Shown here one piece after another: positions 30,030 to 38,219 of a DNA stretch of 50,601 bases (positions within the stretch are counted from its first letter, which is position 1; every line of letters begins with the position of its first letter). The notes under the pieces are model-generated. The model was not told the DNA's origin, made no database searches, and saw only the letters and a list, made by a program, of their open reading frames with translations. Made by a program: the position numbers and the translations under genes. Origin of the DNA: a virus (lineage: Duplodnaviria > Caudoviricetes); IMG/VR virus record IMGVR_UViG_3300002307_000070, positions 1 to 50,601 of that record; one strand, given 5' to 3'.

Positions 30030-32464
30030 TGAGACACAACGAAATACTTCTTGAATACAATAGACAAGTAACTGCCAATCAAGTTGGTAATAGACTGTTA
30101 TTGGCTTTAGCTAAAGATAGCAGCCCATTTGCAAATGGAACACTTAATGGTATAAGAACACAGATAAAGACGTTAGGAAATTTACAAGATCCTGAGGCCC
30201 TTAATGCTGTAATTGATCCTATTCGCAGGGCTAAGTGGATTGAATATGTGTTACAGGTTATCGAGAGCCAAGACCCTACACCAAACAAGGCATATACACC
30301 ATGGTTAGCCAAGATGTATGCTAAATCAGGTGGTGGGTTACGACTAGAAGATATGAACCGCAATGATTTATTGCGCCTCTATGATCTTGCTAAGAAGCGC
30401 AGAAAGATTAAACCAGAACACAGTGATATTAATCGGTTCAAATGGTATCAAGACTTTGAAGATACTATGGAGAACGAGTATAATAACTTTGAAGACTTAG
30501 AAGCTAATGAACAGCAGGATGGTAAAGCTAAGAAAGTTTACAATGATGAAAATGTAACTATTATTGTTCCAGAAGACGAAGAAGCAGCATGTAAGTATGG
30601 TCGCGGCACTCGTTGGTGCACTGCTGCAACTCGTGGATATAATTACTTTAATCAATATAATCGTCAAGGACCATTATATATACTATTGCCAAAGCAACCT
30701 AGATATCAAGGTGAGAAATATCAACTTCATTTTCCCAGCAATCAATATATGGATGAAAATGATGATCCTATGGATCTAAATGAACTACTAGTTAGATTTC
30801 CCGGAATTAGAGAGTTCTTTTTAAAGAATGAACCCGCATTAAGTGACAAGATTGCTTTTGCACCAGATGAAGTATTACAACAAGCAATAGAAAGTGTTTC
30901 TGAAATAGTTAGAGAAAGAGTCTGGGAAACTATTAATGATTGGGAATCAGATGATGATTCTTATATGAAAACATTGATAGATAATGGCTTAATAGATCAA
31001 GACGGAGATGTTGACTGGGACGAAGTAGAAAGGTTTGGGCTAACTTATTCTGAATACAATCCAGAAGTTATCCGTTGGGAAAATGATATTATTAATGCAG
31101 CAACTCCTACACCAGAAAAACTCAGAAAAATCATTGCCGACGATCCATATGAATATGAAAGTTTTGATACAATAAAACATATACCTGATGTCATTGGTAA
31201 ATATCTAACATCAAAATACTATGGTAGAAGAGATGAGGGAGATGCTAATATTGGTAAATACCTCAGAGAAAAAATATCAATGCGGAAAGAAGGGGACAAG
31301 TGGCTAGCATATTATGTCGGACCTGGCTTAAGATTACCTAGAATAACTAACGAAGGATTCAAGAAAACATTAGGCACTATTGGTGCGGCCGGTGCATTAG
31401 CTGCTGCTGGTCTTGCCGGTTATAATATGTCTCAACAACCTCAATATGGACAACCTGTAACAAGAATAGACTTAACAAATAAAACACAGAATCAAAACCC
31501 AGACTTAAGGGTATTAGCTCAAACAATTTGGGGTGAAGCTAGAAGTCACGGAGCACAGGGGATGCTTGCTGTGGGTAATGTGATCAAGAACCGTGCAGAA
31601 GATGTAAAACATTCTAGATTATTTGGGCAGGGCATTCGCGGTGTCGCATTAAAGCCAAAACAGTTTAGTTGCTGGAATAAAGGTGATCCCAATCAAGATC
31701 GTCTCAGAGAAATATTACAGTATGATAAACTAATTCGTCACAAGAAATCGCCTGATAAGACTCCTTTTGCTGAGTGGTTAAAGAAATTCAAACATTCTAG
31801 TGATTATCTAGACTACAAGGCATGGATTACTGCCAAGAGTATTGCTAAAAAAATATTAAACGGTACTGCCCCTGACCCAACAAAGGGTGCAACTTATTAT
31901 CATACTACAGGTGTGCAACCTATTTGGAGACATGATTTAACTAAAGTTGCCCAATTTGGTAATCATATATTCTATACATTGCCAGAAAAGATAAATGAAT
32001 ACAATGTTGATAATAAAGAAGGATTGGGAGCTACTGGTTATAATGCCAATGTAGACTACAGAGGTATTCGCGTATTAATGCGCCCTAGTATATTCCTGAA
32101 ACTAGCATTCCCGCTTAGCGACCCTCCCTCAAAAAAATATATCATGCAGTATATGCAAAATGGTGGAAGCTTGGGTTCACCTTATTTGTTAGTAGATATC
32201 CCACATGGATATTTCAATGACAACTTTGCTGATTATCCTAAAGTTGTCGGGCATGAAGGTAGAAATCGCATGATGGCTATCTTTGAGATAGAAGGCGATG
32301 ACCCAGTAGAAGTTCACTTGTTCCCATATGGTGAAATCCGTGCTAGAGATTTAAACTCTGAAATCGTTCACCATATGCAGGTAGGCATGATCAATCAGCC
32401 GGGAAACAAGATTGTCACAAATGGAACCGAAGGAATTTTTGAGCCAATCAAAAAAAGTGGTTGA
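30029..32464 (+). CDS. tri-modular protein: WCT-motif domain, SleB-type cell-wall hydrolase, ParB-like domain
   Basis: GTRWCTAA; TIWGEAR...VIKNR...QFSCWN...GATYYH...GNHIFY; VVGHEGRNRMMA. Confidence 0.75.
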   Translation: MRHNEILLEYNRQVTANQVGNRLLLALAKDSSPFANGTLNGIRTQIKTLGNLQDPEALNAVIDPIRRAKWIEYVLQVIESQDPTPNKAYTPWLAKMYAKSGGGLRLEDMNRNDLLRLYDLAKKRRKIKPEHSDINRFKWYQDFEDTMENEYNNFEDLEANEQQDGKAKKVYNDENVTIIVPEDEEAACKYGRGTRWCTAATRGYNYFNQYNRQGPLYILLPKQPRYQGEKYQLHFPSNQYMDENDDPMDLNELLVRFPGIREFFLKNEPALSDKIAFAPDEVLQQAIESVSEIVRERVWETINDWESDDDSYMKTLIDNGLIDQDGDVDWDEVERFGLTYSEYNPEVIRWENDIINAATPTPEKLRKIIADDPYEYESFDTIKHIPDVIGKYLTSKYYGRRDEGDANIGKYLREKISMRKEGDKWLAYYVGPGLRLPRITNEGFKKTLGTIGAAGALAAAGLAGYNMSQQPQYGQPVTRIDLTNKTQNQNPDLRVLAQTIWGEARSHGAQGMLAVGNVIKNRAEDVKHSRLFGQGIRGVALKPKQFSCWNKGDPNQDRLREILQYDKLIRHKKSPDKTPFAEWLKKFKHSSDYLDYKAWITAKSIAKKILNGTAPDPTKGATYYHTTGVQPIWRHDLTKVAQFGNHIFYTLPEKINEYNVDNKEGLGATGYNANVDYRGIRVLMRPSIFLKLAFPLSDPPSKKYIMQYMQNGGSLGSPYLLVDIPHGYFNDNFADYPKVVGHEGRNRMMAIFEIEGDDPVEVHLFPYGEIRARDLNSEIVHHMQVGMINQPGNKIVTNGTEGIFEPIKKSG

Positions 32465-32489
32465 CAATGGCATCTAACTTTGATATAAC
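32461..32489 (+). promoter_or_regulatory. sigma70-type early promoter
   Basis: TTGACA-N17-TATAAC with A-tract upstream; GAGGAG SD follows. Confidence 0.7.
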
Positions 32490-32518
32490 GAGAGAGTAGC
32501 AAGAGCGAGGAGCTTATC

Positions 32519-32953
32519 ATGTTTCAGGTTGGTGATCTTGTCGAAGGTCTTGAATACAACAGTGAAGGCGATGAAGTTAAGGTGATCGGCACCTTCGTTG
32601 CTCGCACTAACGATCCCGAAGAAATCATTCAGGATATCATCATCAAGACCGAAGATGGTCGCACTGTTTATATTGACGAGCAGGTTACTCGCCCTCACAA
32701 GATTGAAGTCAAGTGGACTATCGCAAAGGTTCTTAACGGTTTTGCCGATCTTCCTAACGAAAAGTTTCATACTTTTGCAGTGAAGAAGAATGGTAAGATT
32801 GTCGGTGAACTTGCTTGGAAGTATCGCCCCAAGAACGCAGGTGGTTACGCCTGGCAGGGCAAATTGTTTAATGCCAGGCATGGCATGGATGTAGTGTTTT
32901 TTGACAAGCGCAAGGAGAATGTTCTCAATTGGTTCAAGTCCGATCGGTTCTAA
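32519..32953 (+). CDS. hypothetical early protein (N-terminal SH3/KOW-like)
   Basis: MFQVGDLV start, strong SD, C-ending codons more frequent than in flanks. Confidence 0.7.
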   Translation: MFQVGDLVEGLEYNSEGDEVKVIGTFVARTNDPEEIIQDIIIKTEDGRTVYIDEQVTRPHKIEVKWTIAKVLNGFADLPNEKFHTFAVKKNGKIVGELAWKYRPKNAGGYAWQGKLFNARHGMDVVFFDKRKENVLNWFKSDRF

Positions 32954-32993
32954 TTTGAGTTACAAACGATAAATAACATAAAGGAAATATAGC

Positions 32994-33341
32994 ATGAAGA
33001 TCGCAGACATTCTTAAGGAAAACAAGCATAACAACTCCGATTGGGATAATGAAGAGAACGAAATTGTAGACGATCCTGATAGTGATCGCGTTCCTCACTT
33101 GGTTATGCAGTTCAAGAAGGCTATTGACAACGGCGGCCGCAGCCCTATCATCTTCAAGGATGGTGACAAGGTTAGCATCCCCCTTAGTCTTATCGCTGAG
33201 TTCTTGAATGCCTACGACGATCTTAAGCCGTTTGAACGTGAAGATGTGCAGCGCAAGGCGTTGCAGAGCGTTGAAGATTTCAAGAATGCTCTCAGAACTA
33301 TGAAGAGTCGTGCTAAGGCTCCTAAGAGCATCTATCGCTAA
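32994..33341 (+). CDS. hypothetical late/head protein
   Basis: TAAATA and AAGGA upstream; MKIADILKE N-terminus. Confidence 0.7.
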   Translation: MKIADILKENKHNNSDWDNEENEIVDDPDSDRVPHLVMQFKKAIDNGGRSPIIFKDGDKVSIPLSLIAEFLNAYDDLKPFEREDVQRKALQSVEDFKNALRTMKSRAKAPKSIYR

Positions 33342-33379
33342 TAACTGCGCATTAGCCTTTTAATAAAATTGAGTTAAAT

Positions 33380-33409
33380 AAAAGCGAAGGGTAAAACCTT
33401 CGCTTTTTT
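33380..33409 (+). terminator. intrinsic terminator
   Basis: AAAAGCGAAGG-GTAAAA-CCTTCGCTTTTTT. Confidence 0.8.
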
Positions 33410-33423
33410 GTGGATATTTAACC

Positions 33424-34410
33424 TTGCAATCTTTACTATACCCTATAACACATATAGCAATTCCGATCACAACTACTATATATGTTGGCTATCGCGGTAT
33501 GGTTAGTGTATATAGATTTTTTAAAAATCATCAGATATATAAAAAGTTTAGTAACTATTTGAATACTGCCTCCATAACTATACTACAAAAAAATCCAACT
33601 CTATTGAAGCTTGACGGGGATATAGTTGAATTGACTGTTCTATTCGTTGATATGTATGGATTTGATAATATTAATGAATATTATGGTAAAAATGCCTATG
33701 AAATTACTAAAGTAATGAACAGGTATATGAATATTATGAGTAAGATAATCTTAGAAAACAATGGAACACTCACTAAACATGTGGGGCATTCGCATATGGC
33801 TTTTTGGAATGCACCTGTACCTAATAGTCAACATGCAATAGATGCAGTTAAATCTGCATTGCAAATGACAAAAGCACTGGAGAAGTTTAATGCAGAAATT
33901 TTTAAAGAGGGCATCCCTGCATTTGGCATGGGCATCGGTATCAATACTGATACTGTCATCGTTGGTGACATGGGTAGTGGCCGCCGTTTTAATTACACCT
34001 GTATGGGGGACGGCGTTGATATTGCATCTAATCTGGAAAGCCAATCAAAAACGTATAGCGTCAAGATTATCATTGGGCCGAACACTGCCCAATACGTAAA
34101 AGACAAATACCAAATTGCTGAGCTTGATATAATACAACTCAGTGATAAAAAGGAACCTATAAACATATACACGGTTTTAGAAAAATTTGATGAAACAAGC
34201 GAGATAGCACACAACAAGTTCTTAGATGCATATCGTAATAATGAATTTGGTAGAGCGTATAGCATGGCAAGCGCAATGACCTATGTTTGGGAAGGTAAAC
34301 TAAAAGACTATTATAAAATGATGTCACGAAGAATAAAGAATATATTGCGCACTAATACACGCACTTGGGACGGGATATATCGTTCGGGTAAAAATAAACT
34401 TGACTATTGA
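33424..34410 (+). CDS. class III adenylate/guanylate cyclase homologue with degenerate active site
   Basis: LFVD..GF, MAFWNAP, GIGINT, VGDMGS, YTCMGD; start uncertain. Confidence 0.8.
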   Translation: MQSLLYPITHIAIPITTTIYVGYRGMVSVYRFFKNHQIYKKFSNYLNTASITILQKNPTLLKLDGDIVELTVLFVDMYGFDNINEYYGKNAYEITKVMNRYMNIMSKIILENNGTLTKHVGHSHMAFWNAPVPNSQHAIDAVKSALQMTKALEKFNAEIFKEGIPAFGMGIGINTDTVIVGDMGSGRRFNYTCMGDGVDIASNLESQSKTYSVKIIIGPNTAQYVKDKYQIAELDIIQLSDKKEPINIYTVLEKFDETSEIAHNKFLDAYRNNEFGRAYSMASAMTYVWEGKLKDYYKMMSRRIKNILRTNTRTWDGIYRSGKNKLDY

Positions 34411-34479
34411 CTATTTCAATGATAAATTACTTTTGACACTGGAGAAATCTAGTGTGGTAATGAAAGAGGAAATTATTAT

Positions 34480-34950
34480 ATGAAGAAGTTAATTCTAGCA
34501 GTTATTGCTACTGTATCAATGTTTGCTACCCCTGCAATGGCTCGTGACTTTTCTGGTCCACGCCTTGAAGTAACCGCAGGCGCTGCCGATGCTACCCGCG
34601 GTGTTAGCACTAAGAATGTTGAATATGGAGCCAATGCTGGCTATGATCTACAGCTTGGTCGTGTTGTCGCCGGTGTTCAGGCTGGTGTAGACAATGTTTT
34701 TGATCGCCGTAATATTGCAGTTGGTGGTCGTCTTGGGTACATTGTTACCAAGAATGTTCTAGTTTACGGTAGCGCAGGCTATGCAAACTGGAAGCAGGCT
34801 GTTGATCACAAGTATGAAGGTCTTCGTCTTGGTGCAGGCGTAGAAGCCAACATTGTTGGGCCTTTCTATACTAAGGTTGAATATCGTCACGCAGACTATG
34901 GTGCGGTGAAGACAAATGGTGGACTCGTAGGCATTGGTCTACGCTTCTAA
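34480..34950 (+). CDS. outer-membrane 8-stranded beta-barrel protein (Omp25/RopB-like)
   Basis: Signal peptide ending PAMA, GYD, RLGY, GAGVE, KVEYR, C-terminal F. Confidence 0.85.
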   Translation: MKKLILAVIATVSMFATPAMARDFSGPRLEVTAGAADATRGVSTKNVEYGANAGYDLQLGRVVAGVQAGVDNVFDRRNIAVGGRLGYIVTKNVLVYGSAGYANWKQAVDHKYEGLRLGAGVEANIVGPFYTKVEYRHADYGAVKTNGGLVGIGLRF

Positions 34951-34977
34951 TATATACTATTAAATTTTACCATTTAG

Positions 34978-35010
34978 TGAGAGTGATGGGAAACCATCAC
35001 TCTCATTTTT
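34978..35010 (+). terminator. intrinsic terminator
   Basis: TGAGAGTGATGG-GAAA-CCATCACTCTCA-TTTTT. Confidence 0.85.
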
Positions 35011-35023
35011 GCTAAATATCAAT

Positions 35024-35572
35024 ATGAAAATCGGATTAAGTCAGTCTATTATAAATCTAAATGGTATTATGCACGATGCCACTGCGCATGGATGGTATGA
35101 AACATTAACTGGGCATAGTCTGTTTTTTATTCCAAACACGCTTAACCAAGATTTTAATCTTATGGCTACCGATTTAGATTCACTGATTCTTACTGGCGGC
35201 GAAGTTTCTGAGTTGCGCAAATCAGTTGAATTAGAACTTGCTAAAAAAATGATTGAAAGAAATAAGCCAGTAGTTGGGATAGAGAACGGTGCCTTTACTA
35301 TAACCGAGTTTATAGGTGGAACTATTGACACTATCAACAATCATGATAGTATGGACCATCCCATCTTTTATCATAGAGAAGTAAGGGAAGTTAATAGTAA
35401 CCATAAATATTGTATTAAAACACTTCCCGAATCATGTGAAGTATTATGCTTAGACTATTTGGGAAATCCAGAATCATTTATCAACGGTAACATCGCAGCT
35501 ATTGTTTGGAATCCAGAGAAAATGAAAGAGCCATGGATTCCGCCTGAGATAGCATATATGCTTAAGATTTGA
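35024..35572 (+). CDS. class I glutamine amidotransferase (peptidase C26)-like, degenerate triad
   Basis: LILTGG, KPVVGI-E-NG, VNSNH, W-N-PE. Confidence 0.75.
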   Translation: MKIGLSQSIINLNGIMHDATAHGWYETLTGHSLFFIPNTLNQDFNLMATDLDSLILTGGEVSELRKSVELELAKKMIERNKPVVGIENGAFTITEFIGGTIDTINNHDSMDHPIFYHREVREVNSNHKYCIKTLPESCEVLCLDYLGNPESFINGNIAAIVWNPEKMKEPWIPPEIAYMLKI

Positions 35573-35583
35573 TAAATATATAC

Positions 35584-35979
35584 ATGCTAATCAATGATAT
35601 CATAAACGAAGACATATCCAAGAAGTTGGATATTGAAAAAGAAGTTCAAAAGTTTGCTGCGTGGGCCAGCCGTCGTGTACACCTTAAAAATCCTATCAAA
35701 ATTGAATTGAGCTATGACACGCAAGATGCACAAGATAATCATCACACAGGTAGCCACACTGATGGCAGTGATACTATTTGGGTTTATGCAAAGAATCGCA
35801 ATCTAGTAGACATACTACGCACAGTGTTTCATGAAATCGTACATTGTCGTCAAAGCGAGCTAGGTATGATTAAGCCGGGAGATAGCTATCCCGGGAGCCC
35901 CATTGAAGCGATGGCAGACATGGTTGCAGGAAAATACATCAAGATTTATGGTGAAAAGCACCACTATATATTTCAGTAA
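35584..35979 (+). CDS. HExxH metallopeptidase-like protein
   Basis: DILRTVFHEIVHCRQ...E..AD; MLINDIINE N-terminus. Confidence 0.7.
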   Translation: MLINDIINEDISKKLDIEKEVQKFAAWASRRVHLKNPIKIELSYDTQDAQDNHHTGSHTDGSDTIWVYAKNRNLVDILRTVFHEIVHCRQSELGMIKPGDSYPGSPIEAMADMVAGKYIKIYGEKHHYIFQ

Positions 35980-36001
35980 TTACCCGAACAACTGATTTAT
36001 C

Positions 36002-36970
36002 CTAGCTTGCAGTTGCTTTACTTTCGTAACTTAATGGGAATTTATTTTTTATCTGGGTAATCGCCACATCCACATCGTATCCACTAGGTACCATTGGAAC
36101 ATTTGGTCTATCTGGATTGACCATTTGACTGCTTAGTTCGTTGATTAACACCTTCTTTTGGTTCATAGCATCACATATTCTTTTTAACAATCCTGGAAAT
36201 AGTTTTGCGAAGTTTGAATCAGTGCTGTTATAGTCTTGTTTGGCATCTTTTATTTGATTTGTTGGCGCATGAATCTGCCACTTGCCAAACACATTATCTA
36301 TGTTTTTCTTATCAAGTACATCAATCATGGGACCGTCCGCGGCATAACGGTAAAACCAATTTGTTGAACTCGATCCTGTACAGAAACTTGCTTGTATTCC
36401 TACTTCATTATTAAAAACATAACATGCTCCATAATTTAATGGAATAGCTACATAGAATCTATCATCATCAATGAGAACAATATCTTTTTTATCTTTTTTG
36501 AGTTGTTTGATTTTTTCTTCATCTTTTAATCTACGAAGTATAGGAGCATAACTATTACTGGCCAGTAGACTAACAAGTTGCCTAATAGTTCTTATTTTGT
36601 TAATATCCTGATGCTGCGGATTTAACAGTCCTCTGATACTTAATGTCTTAAACGCACCTAATGCATCAGCGCCTTCGCCAGTTAAATCTTCATAATCAAT
36701 TGCACCATCAGCATATTTCTTTAATAACCATTGATCGTATTTCCCGTCTCTGCTTATGTCACCATAGTTAGTGTTGCTTAGGCTTCTGTCTATCAAATCA
36801 CTGAGAAGCTTTACTACATCATCATCTTTGGGATTTTTGCCCAAACTAGCTAATGCTTTTCGCGGAAAAGTGCCATCATGCATTACTGCTAATGCAATCA
36901 TTTTCTTCAATCGCGGTTCATTTACTTTTTTGTAAGCGTTAGCTTCGTTGATAATATCTTTGATAATCAT
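36002..36970 (-). CDS. hypothetical head-type protein paralogous to the N-domain of the 30029 ORF
   Basis: MIIKDIINE start; KYDQWL, DINK, AC...FCTG...Y..DGP, KWQIH. Confidence 0.7.
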   Translation of the reverse strand: MIIKDIINEANAYKKVNEPRLKKMIALAVMHDGTFPRKALASLGKNPKDDDVVKLLSDLIDRSLSNTNYGDISRDGKYDQWLLKKYADGAIDYEDLTGEGADALGAFKTLSIRGLLNPQHQDINKIRTIRQLVSLLASNSYAPILRRLKDEEKIKQLKKDKKDIVLIDDDRFYVAIPLNYGACYVFNNEVGIQASFCTGSSSTNWFYRYAADGPMIDVLDKKNIDNVFGKWQIHAPTNQIKDAKQDYNSTDSNFAKLFPGLLKRICDAMNQKKVLINELSSQMVNPDRPNVPMVPSGYDVDVAITQIKNKFPLSYESKATAS

Positions 36971-37851
36971 AGTGCAATCAATTCTCTTCTCATATAGTAA
37001 AGTACGGTAGCAAGTTTTTTCATGTCGCCTTTGGCCAAATCTGATGATACTTTACTAAGACCCTCATAGTAATCAGGAGATAAATCTCCACTATAGTTGC
37101 GTGTAATATCTCCTGTTTCTTCTGGATAATATTGACTTGCGGTCATTAATAATGCAGCGTTTATAGCTTTTCCTAGCAAAGAGGTTGAACTAATAGATGA
37201 ACTCTTATCTTGAACTAATTCTAACAATTGGGTCAATATTGCCAACTTAGATATTTTTTTGTTTACTTTTTCGTATGCATCGTTTTTAATTTGAGTAATA
37301 ACCATGCCTCTCATATCAGCAATTGCCTTTTCTATAGACTTTGCAAAAGTTGGACGCAATCTTTGCATCAAATCTTCAACAGTAACAGGTTTACTACCAA
37401 TTGGTACATGTTTTGGTCGTTGCTTGACTATCTTACCATAGCCCTCATAATAACGCTGCAATGATCCGATCTTAGATTTCACTGTTCGAATTGCCTCATC
37501 TATACGAGCGAAACTAGATTTTACAATTCCCTCTTCTTTGTTATATATTACAGTTTTCCAATATCCACTGCTATTTGGACTGATGCATGCCGCGCCTTTT
37601 GTACCCAGTACTATTAACCAAAACTTAGATTCACTATCTCTAAAATATCCGGTTGCTTTCTTTTTTATGGCTGGAAAGTTAAACTTATCCACTTCTTTGA
37701 AGTTACTCATATCATGCGGCAATAGGACATTTTTGTGTAAGTATTGCACTAGTGGCTTGGCTCTATCGGGTAGAATATTAATAGCTGCACTGGCTTCTTG
37801 TACCAGTGCTTCACATAATAGTCCAAAAGTGTTGCATAGTTCTTGTTTCAT
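36967..37851 (-). CDS. hypothetical late protein
   Basis: Likely start ATG 37851 (TAAATA-N5-ATG on minus strand); ATGA overlap with next gene. Confidence 0.65.
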   Translation of the reverse strand: MKQELCNTFGLLCEALVQEASAAINILPDRAKPLVQYLHKNVLLPHDMSNFKEVDKFNFPAIKKKATGYFRDSESKFWLIVLGTKGAACISPNSSGYWKTVIYNKEEGIVKSSFARIDEAIRTVKSKIGSLQRYYEGYGKIVKQRPKHVPIGSKPVTVEDLMQRLRPTFAKSIEKAIADMRGMVITQIKNDAYEKVNKKISKLAILTQLLELVQDKSSSISSTSLLGKAINAALLMTASQYYPEETGDITRNYSGDLSPDYYEGLSKVSSDLAKGDMKKLATVLYYMRRELIAL

Positions 37852-37910
37852 GTGTATATTTATCTTTATAGAACAAATAGGTAACCATAAAGATTTGGAT
37901 GTCAAAGTAT

Positions 37911-37938
37911 TTGACTTTTCTACATTTTTTGTTATACT
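37911..37938 (+). promoter_or_regulatory. sigma70-type promoter for the replication operon
   Basis: TTGACT-N16-TATACT. Confidence 0.55.
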
Positions 37939-37961
37939 AATTAGACTTATAAGGAGAACCC

Positions 37962-38219
37962 ATGTCACGAACTTTTAACAGTGAAGCTAAAGTAAAGCTT
38001 ACTCAATTGATCAATGAAGGTATCAGCGTATTACAGGAAGTTGATACGTTAAATGAAGGACTTAATGATACTATTAAGGCTATCGCAGAAGAATTGGAAA
38101 TCAAGCCCTCAATTCTTAAAAAGGCCATTAAAGTGGCACACAAGCAACGCCTCAATGAAACTAACGAAGAAAATGAGGAACTCAACACTATTTTGGAGAC
38201 TGTGGGTAAAACTAACTAA
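37962..38219 (+). CDS. T4 DsbA/GapR-like dsDNA-binding protein
   Basis: 85 aa helical protein, IKAIAEELEIKPSILKKAIK, directly upstream of the polymerase. Confidence 0.55.
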   Translation: MSRTFNSEAKVKLTQLINEGISVLQEVDTLNEGLNDTIKAIAEELEIKPSILKKAIKVAHKQRLNETNEENEELNTILETVGKTN

